From NCBI RefSeq assembly GCF_009914755.1, contig NC_060939.1: 64,000 nt of DNA, one strand, 5' to 3'. Shown in pieces: positions 41,066 to 58,157 of this stretch. This DNA is from the human T2T-CHM13v2.0 reference genome, Homo sapiens. Every line of letters starts with the position of its first letter. Position 1 is the first letter of the stretch. The notes below the pieces were generated by a model, which did no database searches, was not told the origin of the DNA, and was given only the letters and a program-made list of their open reading frames with translations. The position numbers and the translations under genes are program-made.

Positions 41066-41469
41066 TCACTGGATGGGGAGAGGGAACAGGGTTGGGGAGG
41101 GAGAGCAGTGCACAGACACATGGAGTTCAAAGCAATGAGCTGTAAATTGTAGCTGTCAGAATAACTGGTGTCCTAGACACTTTTAGTCATTTCCAATAGT
41201 GACTCACAAATACAGGGGAGACTTTAGTTTGCACTTTGTATCCCTTTCCTCACATAATCCTCAGATGTCATTAATTAGTGATAAATTAATCACAACAAAT
41301 CTGTCCAACAAGATTCTTCTCTTGAGGTTGTAGTGTCTCCCTTCAATACCCAACTCACCACACTGTATATTTTACAGATTTTGAGATAAGCTCAAATTTT
41401 ATTTCTCCAATGCATCTAGGGATTTCTTTACAGGTATATATTTTTTTTGGCAAAAAATTTCCCTGTTTT

Positions 41470-41754
<285 letters not shown>

Positions 41755-42079
41755 TTATTACTTTTTAAACTTTTACTAGAGTATCCATTTGCTAGAGTAT
41801 GCAGCCTTCTGCATCAGAAAGCTGACTTCCGGGAAATCTTCAGCTTTGTCACTTGAAAGAGGTTTTTTTAGTTCCACTTTGCCAATAGCCCCTTGGATGT
41901 ATGGGATTTTGGGGGATGCCAGTTTCCAGCTGTCATGGCTGGGCCAACTTAGATGCCAAACTGCAAAAGACTCAAATGCTTGGGGTGGGGTGGTGTCAGC
42001 TCAGTATTGACTGGGATGGATATCCACGAGACAAAAAAAGGATGGAGTAATAGAAGTTTAACAATGGTAATGGCAAAGG

Positions 42080-42310
42080 ATGTGTGGCTTAGTGAAAGCA
42101 GCAGAGTCTTAGAGCCAGACAGGTGCAAGTTCACTTACTGGCTGTGTCACCCTGGCCCAACTACTGAGCATTTTGGAGTCTTAGTTTCTCCCCCAGCAAA
42201 ATGGGGGTAAGACTTTTCTCTTTGCTGAGATGTATGTAGTAAAGGAGCTAATGTCTGCATGGTGTTTGGCTCCTGACTGGTGCTTGATAAATGATTGCCA
42301 TATTTATTTA
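42080..42310 (+). mobile_element. MIR
   Basis: agagccagac...cacttactggctgtgtcaccctgg...ttagtttctc...aaatgggg. Confidence 0.7.
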
Positions 42311-43719
42311 TAATAAATGCCACACAATTCTATACTTGGTTATTGCTTTGAAACGTTTCAAAAAGTGATAGCTTATTTAGCATCCTAGACTGCTGAGTGC
42401 TAGGCCTTGGCCCTGTTTGAGCACCTACTATATGCAAGTCCCGCAGAGCACACAAATCATGCCAAGATATAGCTCCTGACCTCAAGGCAGGGCCATGGAA
42501 CACTTAAATAACAGCAAAGGATAAAAATGATCATTCAAGACAGCAGCAGGAAAATTTGAAAAATAGAATCCAGGATGAATTACAAAACACGTTAAACCAA
42601 GTGTTATATAACTAAGAAGAAAGAGGAGTTGCAAGTCAAACTTCCTCAGGCAGTTTTAGTTTTCACCCCACTTTGGAACTTGTAGAATTCTTCCGTTTTT
42701 GTTTTTTTTTTTTAAGGTGGAAAAAGAGCTATTTGGATTTACTGACATCCTGTTTCCTAATGAATGGTCTTTCTGATTCAAAAGTTCTATCAACACTCTG
42801 ATGTTATGTCTCAGGGATGCAAAATCAAGGGGAAAATTCTCCACACAAAACAAACCTCAGATGTCCTAGAACAACCCTTCTGTTCCAAATCTGGTTCTTA
42901 TTTTCAATTCCAAAAACAACACACAAGGCCTTAGAAGGCACAAACTACTTCATGTTTATGCATGCGGCCCTGGAGAAGCTAGAATTTCAGATGCCTTTGA
43001 TTATGAATCGGCTGAAGAAAACATCTACCTAAAGTTACTTACTGAAGAATCAGTTCTCCCTGCCCCCACCTCACCTCAACCCTAAAGAACGCCCATCCAG
43101 CATCAATTTACAACGGAGCACTTGACACGACTTTATTGGTATATCTTTCTTAGGCATTTGACCAATCAAAATGATAATTTAGACAAACTGGGGATGGCAG
43201 AGTGCATTATCCAGCAATATCTCATTATTATGCAAAAAATGAGATATTCACGGCAACTGTCTCATCTATTTATTGTTTGGTTACTCATCTGGAAATTTTA
43301 ATACTTTCTTCAGGGGCAGGGACTGGCAATAAAAAAATAGACCTATATATCAAACCTTTAACTTCCAGCCATCATTGTGTGCTATAATACAGATGGAGTG
43401 ACTATCAGCAAGCTTTACTGTGTTGGTTTATTTTCTTTAGCAGAGAATGTGGATTTAAATGGGATAAAGCAACAAAGTCGACTTAGGGTCAGAAAGCCCA
43501 TCGGAACCTTCCACTTCCTTTGCAAGCAGAGATAACTGGCTACAGTCAGCCTCCCCAGGACCTGATGCCAATGGATAACTGCAAGATCAGAAGGGTGAGT
43601 ATGAGGGGGTGGGAATGGCGGGTTGTTTAGGGTGAGGAATGAGGCCTCTGCATCTCAGAAGGGCTGTTCTTCCTCATCCTTTATATTTTTATAGGTCCCT
43701 TCTCACAAGCACAAAGCTT

Positions 43720-43940
43720 GCTGTGTGCCAGGCACTGCTCTAATTACTTTACAAACAATTACTTATTTCATCTTCATCATAGGCCTACATGGTAGGCACT
43801 AGTATTATCCCCGTTGTATAGACAGGGAAACTGAGGCACAGGGTGGTTACATAATTTGCCCAATTAGCAAGTGATGAAAGCAGGATTTAAAAGCAGGCAA
43901 GCTGGCTCCAGAATTTGTGCTCATAACCACTCTACTCTGC
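43720..43940 (-). mobile_element. MIR
   Basis: gtgccaggcactg...gggaaactgaggcacag...ttgccc. Confidence 0.8.
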
Positions 43941-44069
43941 ATGCCAGTTATACAGAAGGGTAGTAGCTCTCTGCTTCTGCTTTTTATGTTCTGCACCAGA
44001 AAAATAAATTGGTGGGGAACAAACTGCAAGCCATCTGAAAGAGAATCATATGAAATACCTGTTAAAGAT

Positions 44070-44185
44070 CGGTTCTTAGACACAGATCAAGTTATTTAGA
44101 AACCCTGCCTGTGAGATTCAGGAACCTGCATTTTTAACAGGTTCCCTGAATGATTTTTAATCACATTAAAGTTTGAGAACCATCA
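44070..44185. mobile_element. MER5A fragment
   Basis: ggaacctgcatttttaacaggttccctgaatgattttt...aaagtttgagaaccat. Confidence 0.6.
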
Positions 44186-44412
44186 AAATAGATTTTCTGG
44201 GCTAGGAGTCAGAAATTAATCTGTATTTAGGTGCCAACTCCAATGTTTATGAGCCTTATAATTTTGAAGAAATCTCAGCTTCCTGGGCCAGGGTTTCTCA
44301 TTTGTAAAATGAGAACAAAAAATAACTGTGCTACATACTACATAGAGTTGTTTATAAGAATGAAATGAGATAAAGTGTGTGAGAGAAATCAGCAAATTGA
44401 AAAGTGCTTTCA

Positions 44413-44720
<308 letters not shown>

Positions 44721-45221
44721 GTAGAAAAGTGCTTCCAAATATGAACTATTGTTGGTATCTCATTATTTTACATGTACAAGGCTTGTCTTCCTGATAAAAT
44801 TATAACCTCCTGGATTAACTATAGTTTTTTTCTACCCCATAATAATATGTATCATGTTGTAGCTATCCCATAAATACTGGCTTAAATACATTTTTTAAAA
44901 TATGTAAGCAGGAAACATAATAAAAAACAATAACATATAAGCAGATCCACAAAGTCAGCCCTATATATTTTTTGCAATTCTAGTGACCAAAGTTTATACA
45001 CTGGGCTCCAGAGTCCATACAATGTCATTACACACATTGTCACATTTGAATTCTCACAAGTCTTATGATAGATAGGGTAGTTAATGATGATATCACTGTT
45101 TTGCTGGAAAATATGGAACTCAGATTTAATTACTTGCCCAAAGTAACCTAGTTAGTAATCAAATGACAACTTCCACAGCTTCTTGCAACCCTGTACAACA
45201 CATTCACATGAATGCCAGAGT

Positions 45222-45401
<180 letters not shown>

Positions 45402-45744
45402 TAACACTCCCTTCAGCATTAAATAGTTTGTCAAAGGCAATCATAAGTCATTTTCATCTGGGGGACCTAGTCCAAATGTATTTAACATTCTAATATTCTT
45501 AAATTTTCTGTAAAATATCTTTAGGTGACACAGTACATTGAAATTTATTTGAGCACCCTCGCTAATAAGATGACACTTGTTTACTTTTCATTTGACCCAC
45601 TGGATTGAGATATCCTTATATAATGGATAGTCAAGTGTAGTCTATCCAGTAGCTTTGATATTGAGCAAGTCACAGCCACCAGAGTGATCCTTTTTAAAAT
45701 GTAAGTCAGTTCATGCTGTTCTTTTACTCAGAACTCTCCAAAGG

Positions 45745-47535
<1,791 letters not shown>

Positions 47536-48070
47536 ACAATTCTTGCAATGTTTCGCATTTCCCTCAGCGTGAATGACTCTGTAAGCCAACAGGCCCTTCA
47601 GGATCTGAACCCACCACCACCCTCTCTCTGACCTTATCCCTGGTCACTCTCCTTACACTTTGCTGCAGCTAACAGAGCCTCCTAGATATGAAGTCTTCTC
47701 AGACTGTGCAGGTACAAGTCCTCTCTGAGCATTGCACTAACTCCTTCTACCTCCTTTAAGTCTGTGGTTAATTGCCACCACTTCAGAAAGGCCTAATCTC
47801 TTACTGAATGTTCCTTGGATGGGCCTCAGTTTCCCCATCTGTAGATGGAGGAAGCAAAACCACAGGATCTCTCTGAGAGCTTTCTAGTCTGACATGCTAC
47901 AGTTCTGACATATAGCTTTTAGGTATGTAAGAAGGCATTGAATGACAAACAGCAGGTGAGTGAAACACAGTTCTAGAGTGTTCTAAGGGCAAATGACCAC
48001 TTCCAGCTGCCAGAATCAGAAGACGCTTAATGGAGGAGTTGGCTCCTAAAGAACACGTAAGATTTCTTGG

Positions 48071-48385
<315 letters not shown>

Positions 48386-49064
48386 CAGGTAGGATTTCTT
48401 TATACAAAAACAATTAACTCGACAATTGGGAATATTGTTCCAGTTTCTTTTAGAGTAAAGTTCTGGCTTCTACTTGGCTTGCATAGTTTGAACATTTTGC
48501 CCAGCTTTGACAACATCCTTGAATACTGTCATGCTATGCATTCAGAATCTCTCCTGCATGTTTTCTTGCTTGCCGTCCTGCTGGGGTCATTGGTAATTAA
48601 CTGGCCAAGGTGTACATTATGTCAGTGCTGTGCCAGACATAGGAAAATTGACAAGATCGCTACCTTGTTGTAGTATATCTGTTCACACACTTTTTTGTAC
48701 TAGATTCTGATCTCCCAGGGGGCTAAGTTTATGTCTGTCTCAGCTTTGGATCCACAATGATAAAGCATGGCAAACTCAAAGAATGAATGTTCCTGAGAAT
48801 TCTGAGCATTCTGCTTGTATTAGTGTGCACATCAGGAAGAACAATTAGCAAGGTCATTAATCACGACTCTCTCTATTTGATTGTCAAAGCTAATTGCCTA
48901 TTAAGGTAAAGCAGGACTTATTTCTTTAACCAGAAGGGTTACAACCTGAGCATGTTGGCAAATTTTGAGATGCTGCTGTGAAAGACAAAATAGAAGAAGT
49001 TCAAGCACAAAGCTAAAATCTGAAGGTCTTTTCATTTACCCTTGTTTACTGGTGACCTACAATC

Positions 49065-49400
49065 AAGGTTGAATCCTCCCTCTGCAGAAGTAATTAAGGT
49101 GAAATGAGATCACAACGGTGGGGCCCTGATCTGATAGGATTAGTGTCCTTATAAAAAGAGACATCAGAGAGCTGGCTCTTTCTCTCACTTTCCAGACACA
49201 CACATTGAGGAAAGGCCGTGTGAGCACACAGAGAGAAGGTGGCTGTCTACAAGCCAGGAAGAGAGCCCTCTGTAACAACTGAATAAGCTATCACCTTGAT
49301 CACAGGCTTCCAGCTTCCAAAACTGTAAGAAAATAAGTATCTGTTGTTCAAGCCACCCTGCCTGTGGTATTTTGCTCTAGCAGCCTGAGCAGACTACGAC
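49065..49400 (+). mobile_element. MLT1A-like MaLR LTR
   Basis: ggattagtgtccttataaaaagagac...aagccaggaagagagccctc...gcagcctgagcagactacgaca. Confidence 0.8.
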
Positions 49401-49811
49401 AACGATGGCACCCTTTGTCTCAAACAGGCCCAACTTAAAATTCTCTGCTATATTGATTTACAGCCTCTTCTGTCCCAAGATGTGAATTAGCGTAGGGCTT
49501 TCCAGAAATTTCTCATTCCCAAACTGACCTGCTCTCTGTTAATACTTTCCCTGCTACCTTTCAACTAATAAATGACATTGAGAATTTCTCCTTCTGCTGT
49601 ATGCTTTCAGTTGTCAGCGACTTGCATTTTCTGTAGCCATCATTTAGATTTGAAAATAACATTTTCTAGCAATTTTGGATAGAGGCAATTTTTAGAGTAA
49701 CCCAATGGAGAGTGTAAGCATTACCTCTATATATGCATGCCCAGGAAGGAAAGCTGGAACCAGCAAAAGGCTGTCCACAATCTGCATTTCCTAACATCAC
49801 ATAATACTCTC

Positions 49812-50382
49812 TGTATTAGAGTTCTCCAAAGAAACAGATTGAACAGGATATACACATACAAACACACACATACACATATATATAATCTCCAATTGTATGT
49901 GTGTGTGTGTGTGTGTGTGGTAAGAGAGAGAGAGGGAGAGAGAGAGATTTACAATGAGGAATTAGTTCATGTGATTATGGAGGCTGAGAAATCCCATGAT
50001 GTGCCACCTGCTATCAGCAAACTGGAGACCCAGGAAGCCTGGTGGTCTAATTCCAGTCAGATAAAGAAGGTCGAAGAACCAGGGGAGCTCATAGTGTAAG
50101 TCTCAGCTCAAGGGCAGTAGAAGATCGACATCCCAGCTCATGCAGGTAGATAGAAAAAAAAGGGGGGTACATTCCTTTTTCCTCCACTTTTTTGTTCTAC
50201 TCAGTCCCTCAATGGATTGGATGATGCCAGCCCAGCTTGGGGAGGGCTATCTACTTTATTGAGTCTACCAATTCAAATGCTAATTTTATTTGGAAACAAC
50301 CTCACAGACACACTCAGAAATAATGTTGAATCTAAGCACCTTGCGGCACAATCAAGTTGACACTATTAAATTAACCATCACA
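49812..50382 (-). mobile_element. MLT2 (ERVL) LTR with internal (CA)/(TG)/(GA) repeats
   Basis: tgtattagagttctccaaagaaacag...caagttgacac...aaattaaccatcaca. Confidence 0.85.
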
Positions 50383-50434
50383 TTCTAAAACAGTCTTTGG
50401 GGATATTTATAAATATTGTTATAGAAGACTTTTT

Positions 50435-50777
<343 letters not shown>

Positions 50778-51099
50778 TCATGGTATTGAACAACATATGG
50801 CTAATACTCATCCTTGCATTCATTCAAAATAGCTAAAATGTTATAAGGCTAATGTCCTCCATCTCCCCAGAATGTGCAAAGCATTTTTATTCTTGATGTT
50901 TGTCTTTTATCACAATGCAAATGCCATCTTGAGCCCCAGTGCTCTCAGTTAGAGGCTGGGGATGTTTTCTTTAATCTATTCTGAAGGCTGATTTTTCAGA
51001 TATTATGACAATGTTCTTTTGCTCTATGCTCTCCTCTTACTTTGGAAGCCAAGGCAATATTGTATTGGCAGAAAGAGTATGGATTTTGAAGTTAGATAG

Positions 51100-51504
51100 T
51101 GACATGGTTTGGATCTGTGTCTCCACCCAAATCTCATGTTCAATTGTAATCCCCAGTGTTGGAGGTGGGGCCTGGTGGGAGGTAATTGGATCATGTGGGT
51201 GGATCCTTCATGAATGGTTTAGCACCATCTCTTTGGTGCTGTTCTCATGATAGAGTTCTCAGGAAATCTGATTGTTTAAAAGTGTGTGGCACCTGTCCTC
51301 TTGCTCTGTCTTCCCTCTGCTCGGGCCATGCAAGATATACCCGCTTCCCCTTTGCCTTCTGCTATGACTGTATGTTTCGTGAGGCCTCGCCAGAAGCTGA
51401 GCAGGAGCTGGCCTGCAGAGCCATGAGCCAATTAAACCTCTTTTCTTTATAAATTACCCAGTCTTAGGTATTTTTTTATAGCAGTGTGAGAATTGACTAA
51501 TACA
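51100..51504 (+). mobile_element. MST (MaLR) solo LTR inserted in a MIR
   Basis: TGACATGGTTTGGATCTGTGTC...GACTAATACA; near-TSD GATAG/GAGAG. Confidence 0.9.
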
Positions 51505-51639
51505 GAGAGATTCTCAGCCTTGATGCTTACTTTCTTTGTGGAACCCACTTTTTTACTTACAAAGTGGAGATACTGATGCCTAGGTATTCTGTGCTCTTAG
51601 CAATGGTAAGACTAAGACATGTCTCTGGACGTTTTGGGG

Positions 51640-52265
51640 AAGCATGTCAATCAGAGTTAAACTAGAGAAACAGAAACACTATGAGAGCTATAGAATAAAG
51701 CGTTTATTATGGGGATTCGACCTCATGCAATTGTAGGAGCAAGTACAGAAGTCTATTCAAGATTGTGACCACTATGTCTGATGTTGGGTCTGAGGTTGAC
51801 ATACTCAGCTAAGTTGGCAATTGGGAAAGAAGTCTTGGTATGAAGTAGAGGAGAAAAGGGCAAATTGGAACCCAGGAAGATGTATTGGAACCTGTATCTG
51901 TCTCTCTGGGCCTCCATCCTTCATAATGTGGGTGACTTGCAGGGAAAGCTAGTATATTGTGCCATGGAGCTGCACACATATCTGGCCCAGGACGTGGAAA
52001 AACTGAGAGAGGAAATCCGGTGGGAGCCAGAGGAGCTGTGAGCCCAATTACAACCCACACCCATACCCACAAGGTGAGCTAGCAGATCAGTGACAACTTG
52101 TGCAAGTCACTATAGTGCATGGCACCCTAAACCAGCCCTCAAAGACTGAAAATTAATGCTGCCTCACTGCTGTCTTCCAAATTTCAGGCAAGTTTCTCTT
52201 GTGGCTCATGCAAACCTGGAGCCCTGTGGGGAAAGGAATCATGGGGAAATGAGTTTCGGTTTAGT
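51640..52265 (-). mobile_element. Old ERVL-type LTR remnant
   Basis: tcaatcagagttaaactagagaaacagaaacact...gggaaaggaatcatggggaaatg resembles a reversed ERVL LTR. Confidence 0.45.
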
Positions 52266-53774
52266 TACATTTACACAGTGCAATGCCACTACAGTAAATA
52301 TTTTCATAGTTTCTTAGAGAAGTGGAAATGGATTTATTACAAAAAGCTCTGTGGTTAAATTTCTGTATTTTGTGTGTGTGTGAGAGAGAGAGAGAAAGAG
52401 AGAACATGAATATCTGTGATTCTACTAGTTTGTCAATAGCAGCACCTTGGTCATCTTCCTGATGCCCGTGTGTATTGTTAGAAAAACAAAAACAGTTTAA
52501 CATGCAGGCACCAAATGATATTCTTTCTGGACAAACCAGAGAAGTAAATAATCTGTCTGAAAACTTCCTGAACCAAACCTATTCCTGTCTGGATATACCA
52601 TGCATTATTCTACACATACAGAGTTCCATACAGTGGAAACTGGATTCTAGAGCAAAATGTCAACAGCACATGACACTTGTCCAATAAATGTTAGCTGATT
52701 CAATAGAAAAAAGGGCAAACGCTTAATGCTGCCTTCTAGTTATTAGCACATAACCACATCCAAACCTGGAATTTGTTAATTAATGCAACTTATATTTATT
52801 TTAGTTTCTTAATATAAAAATGCTCAATGTGAAAAAGCAATGTGTGAGTTACTCTATCATATGATAATAAGTTATGGAGAATATTATTAGCAATCAAATG
52901 GCTTTAATCATGTGGAGAGATGTGCACAGAAACTAATAAAAATGTATTTCTAAATCTACTAGTATGCAATCTCCCCTCGCTTGTCAATATTTTAGAATGT
53001 CACCTTGAAAACTTTTAAACACATTAAAATTTATTTAATTTTAAAAGGGGCAATACATTTTAAAATTAGGTTAAATTATAGTCATGCACAGCATAACAAT
53101 CTTTTGATCAGTGTTGGATCACGTAGACAGTGGTACCATAAGATTATAATGGAGTTGACAAATTCCTTTTGCCTAGTGATGTAGCCATCATAACGTCATA
53201 GCACAACACATTACTCATGTGTTTGTAGTGATACTTGTGTAAACACACCAACTATACTGTCAGTTAAATAAACATAGAGCACACACAATTATGTACAATA
53301 CGTAGTACCTTATAGTGCTAATAAATGACTATGTTACAGGTTTATATATTTACTATAGTTTCTATTGTTACTTTAGAGTGCACTGCTTCTACTTATATAT
53401 TAAAAAGTTTAACTGTAAAACAGCTCAGGCAGGTCCTTTTGGAGGTGTTCCAGAAGAAGTCATTGCTATAATAGGAGAGGACATCTTCATGTGTGTTATT
53501 GTCCCTGAAGACCTTCTAATGTGACAAGATGTAGAGGTGGAAGACAGTGATATTGATGATCCTGAACTTGTGTAGGCCTAATGTGTATGTCTGTGTCTTT
53601 GTTTTTACCAAAAAAGTTTACAAAGTAAAAATTAAAACATTTTTAAACATAGTAAAAAAGCTTATAGAACAAGCATATAAAAAAAGAAAATACTTTTGTA
53701 CAGCTATCCAAAGTGTTTGTGTTTTAAGCTAAATGTTGTTACAAAAGAGTCAGAAAGTTTAAAACAATTAAGTG

Positions 53775-53904
53775 GTTTGTTTTGTTTTGCTTTTTAGAGA
53801 TGGTTCTTGCCATGTTGTGCTGGCTGGACTCGAACTCCTGGATTCAAGCAATCCTCCTGCGGACTCAGATGATCCTTCTGCCTCAGCTTCCTGAGTAGCT
53901 GGGG
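53775..53904 (-). mobile_element. Alu monomer fragment (rearranged)
   Basis: tttagagatggttcttgccatgttg...ctcgaactcctgg...cctcagcttcctgagtagctggg. Confidence 0.7.
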
Positions 53905-54037
53905 TAAAGCTTATAAAGTAAAAACTTTGAGTAAGCTAAAATCAATTTATGATTGAAAATAATATTTTTAATAAATATAGTGTAGCCTAAGTGTACAGTG
54001 TTTATAGAGTCTACAGTAGTGTACAGTAATGTCCTAG

Positions 54038-54362
<325 letters not shown>

Positions 54363-54435
54363 ACAACTTCCACTCTTGCAAGCTTCATTCATGATAAGTG
54401 CCCTATCCAGGTGTGCCATTTTTTATCTTTTACAC

Positions 54436-54712
54436 CAGCAGTCCCCAACATATTTGGCATCAGGGACCGATTTCGTGGAAGACAATTTTTCTACGGATGG
54501 GGGTGGGAGATGTTTTCATCCGGCATTAGATTCTCATAAGGCGCGCAACCTAGATCCCTGCATGCGCAGTTCACAACAGGGTTCGTGCTCCTATGAAAAT
54601 TTAAGCTACCGCTGATCTGATAGGAGATGGAGCTCAGGCGGTAATGCTCACTCGCCCACCATTCACCTCCTGTTGTGCAGCCCAGTTCCTAAGAGGCCAT
54701 GGACCGGTAGTG
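54436..54712 (+). mobile_element. MER1 (MER1B-like) hAT element, 3'-truncated
   Basis: cagcagtccccaac...gggaccgatttcgtggaagacaatttttc...ggcattagattctcataagg. Confidence 0.8.
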
Positions 54713-55405
54713 GCTATAGAGGTAACATGCTATATATAGAGGTTTGTAGCCTAGGAGCAGTAGGCTATAGTGTATAGCCTAGGTGTGTAGTAGGCTATGC
54801 TATCTAGGTTTGTGTAAGTCACTCTATGATGTTTGCACAACCAAATAACCTAGTGACACATTTCTCAGAAGGTATCTTTGTCATTAAGCGATGCATGACT
54901 GTATATAAAAGTATACAGTAAAAATTCCCATGCAATTCCCCATCTGCTCATGTTCTTCCTCTCTTCCCAACATAGATAACCACGGTTATTAGTTTTTCCT
55001 ATATCCTTCCAGACGCTATTATCCATATATGAGCCAGTACAAACACAACCATCTCACCCCCAACCTTATCAACCTTATTATGCAAATAGTAGAAGAGGTT
55101 TTATTGATTTCTTCATTTAACCCATTTTGGGGTTCTTTCCATATCAGTACGTAAAGAATTTCCCCAGCCTTTTCTTTAGCTGCCTAGAATTCCATTGTAT
55201 GTATATTCAGTGATTTATACATTCAAATTTTATCTTTTAATTTCAACTCTCTGGAGATGGCTTTTGGCATCCCCCTCCATACCTTCTGGAAATAACTGCC
55301 ATCCAGCAACTGGTAATTCTTTCTCTGTTCAAAGAGCAACAACATAAATAATGCTGACCCTTGGATTTGAGCAGTTCTAGTGTTCTGCCCATTGAGTAGA
55401 GCCAA

Positions 55406-55407
<2 letters not shown>

Positions 55408-55453
<46 letters not shown>
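55408..55453 (+). repeat. (CA)n microsatellite
   Basis: About 23 units. Confidence 0.95.
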
Positions 55454-55457
<4 letters not shown>

Positions 55458-56323
55458 CATCAGCAAGCTGCCTGTGCTCCCCTCAGCCAGGCTCTGGCTG
55501 TCAGTGAGCATGACAATGCTCCAAGCTTCCGTCTAGAGCTGAGCTTTGAGCCTGTGCAATGGGCCACTGCGTTTAGCTGTAAATGAGTGTGCCAGGCCCA
55601 CTGCCACAGGCACTCCATTTGCCCCAGAGCCCAAGGCTGGCCCGCCCCAAGCAGCTCCTCTCCCAAGGCAGAGCTCCCTTCCTGGTCATAATGGACTCCT
55701 GAGTCCATGTGCTTGATTGAGTTCTTCTTAATTACATCCATTGATGTTGAAAAACACTCAGACCAAGAAAGAGACCAAAGAGACTGTGGGCACTTGTAGC
55801 TGCCAAACAGGCAGGTTTTCATACCATGGCCACTGGAGAGCTGCATAAAGGCCAGATGGTAAGTCACAGCATATGCTCCTGCAGAGGACAGCCTGAAGAC
55901 ACTCTGTGTGTAGACAGCCTGGAGCAGAAACGCCACCTGGGAAGCCCTGGGAACACAAAAGGATCAAAGCGGAGCGCACTGGCGCTGAGTCCTGGAGTCA
56001 CTCCAGGGGAGTCGGCAGCCCCAGGTGGCTGCCTCCAGAGGGCCTGACTGTGCCTTCCTGGGGCCAGGACCTTTTTCTCCAGTGCTGGTGCTCTTGATAC
56101 TTGAGATATGCCCTCTACTCACGGGCACACCTGAACACAAACATGCACTCACCTTCTGTGTGAAATACACGTCATTTCTGAGGAATTTATCAGGGCCAGA
56201 AAGGACTGACACTCTCTGCTTTTAAGTAAGTCAATAAAAGTCGCATTTGGTTGTTAAAGGATTCATCCCAGGTCTTTCACATAGGTCCTCGATAACAGTA
56301 ATTTGGTTTCCAAACCGAAATAA

Positions 56324-56324
<1 letters not shown>

Positions 56325-56369
<45 letters not shown>
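56325..56369 (+). repeat. (TG)n microsatellite
   Basis: About 22 units. Confidence 0.95.
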
Positions 56370-56370
<1 letters not shown>

Positions 56371-56509
56371 CAGCTTTTGCAGTTTCACATGCCCATTTAA
56401 ATGGAGAAGACTCCTACAGTCATTTCTGGTGGTTTGGCCATAAAACCCTCGGGTTTAGAAATGCTCTTGTTTAGCATTCTAAGATGTAGTTGCCTTACTC
56501 ATACTAATT

Positions 56510-56745
56510 ATGATAACAGCTAACACTTCCTGATTACTCACTTGGGGCCTATCACTTTGCTAAGCACCTTGCATCCATTATCTCATGTAATCCCCATCAA
56601 CAACCCTGTGATGTAGGTCCTATTATTATCCAAGTTTTACAGATGAAGAAGATGAGAATCAGAGAGGCTACATGACTTATCCAATGTCACACAGCACATC
56701 CAAAGGGGACCTGAGTTGTCTGTCTCAGGAGCCACTATTGTCATC
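56510..56745 (-). mobile_element. MIR
   Basis: aacaaccctgtgatgtagg...ttttacagatgaag...tcagagagg...tgtcacacagc. Confidence 0.8.
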
Positions 56746-57882
56746 ACAAAAAATTCATTCTGGAGCCTAGTTTTTGTCATAGATTGTTTAACAAACTATG
56801 GGGCTTCTTGAATGTGCTGAGTGTCAGGGGAGAGAAAAATTTTTCTTTGGGTTTAGCCATCTATCCATTGTAGAATTCTGCCTTTAAATTATATTCCACC
56901 TATGCACATCAGCCTTTCTTCTGCTTCTTTCGTCTAAAATAATGAAAACGTCGGTTAAGACTTCGAATAGATTCCATTTTAAAGGTATATTTGCACTGTA
57001 CTCAGGAGTCTTCAGGCTGAGAAATCTTCCCAGTTTCATAGGGAAGAGTCCTGGTTCCCAGCTCTGTGCTTGGCTTTGGCTAGAGAAATACATTCATTCC
57101 TCCGTATTACAGTGGATTGTCTCTGACTCTCTTTTCCCTGTGAGCTATTGGAGAGCAGGAACCATGCAACATCCATCTTTGCATTTTCTGCATCTGGCAT
57201 ACAGCCCTGGCTCAGTAAATAACTGAAAGGTATTGATCATACCAGCGTCAGGGTAGAGATGAGATAAATCAGCTTGCCTCTTCCCCTGGTTGTTACATAT
57301 GCACGAGGGGTCTCTAAGAGGCCTGGAGAGCCAAGCCAAGTTCTACCAAATCCCTCTTTCTAGGACTTGTTGCTCTGTGCTTGGGAGGCTGGGTTCCTTT
57401 GCCTGGCTTGGAACCACCCAGCTGATATCAGGGGATCCTTAATAGCTTCATCATAAGGAAATGTGGTGCCCCAGAGAACTCCATCAATGGCAAACTATGG
57501 AATTTGAGACCACCATGGTCTTTACTTTCCCTATTCTTCCTCTATTGTGGCTACAAGGTGAAGGCGGGGATACCATTTCCGAATGTAATGAAAGGTTTTA
57601 ATAGCTAGGCTTTGCTGATTTAAAAAATGCCACATTTTCCTTATCTTTCTCAACAAAACGAAGATCAGTTATATCCTACCTCCAGGTTAGTTGCTTTTGT
57701 ACAAATTTTAGGTTAAGTTAGGGATTGGTGAAAATTTTTCAGGAACTTTTGGAAAAACTATGAAGTTTGGATTTCAGGCATGTCCAATTATTTTCCAGAG
57801 TGAACAAATTTTTTTTTAGATTATCTACAATGTATCACTCCCAATCACCTTGTCAGAAATCAGAATGATTCAAATGCTAGTC

Positions 57883-58157
57883 TTATTTTTAATTTTTGTG
57901 GGTACATAGTAGGTATATATATTTATGGGGTACATGAGATGTTTTGATACAGGCATGCAATGTGAAATAAGTATATCAGAACATCACGGAGAATGGGGTA
58001 TTTATCCCCTCAAGCATTTATCCATTGAGTTGCAAACAATCCAGTCACACTGTTTAAGTTATTTAAAAATGTAAAGTTACATTATTATTGACGATAGTCA
58101 CCCTGTTGTGCTATGATATAGTACGCCTTATTCATTCTTTCTAACTTTTTTGTACCC
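57883..58157 (-). mobile_element. 5'-truncated L1 3' end (L1MA-type)
   Basis: ttgtgggtacatagtaggtatatatatttatggggtacatgagatg; TSD ATTCAAA(T/C)GCTA (57868-57879, 58158-58169). Confidence 0.85.

Noticed and set aside
55460-56225. Cluster of 60-158 aa ORFs and weak CTCF-like motifs (CCAGGTGGC at ~55932 and ~56021)
   Set aside because: No recognisable protein similarity, and the motif matches are only partial. It may be regulatory, but I cannot support that from sequence.
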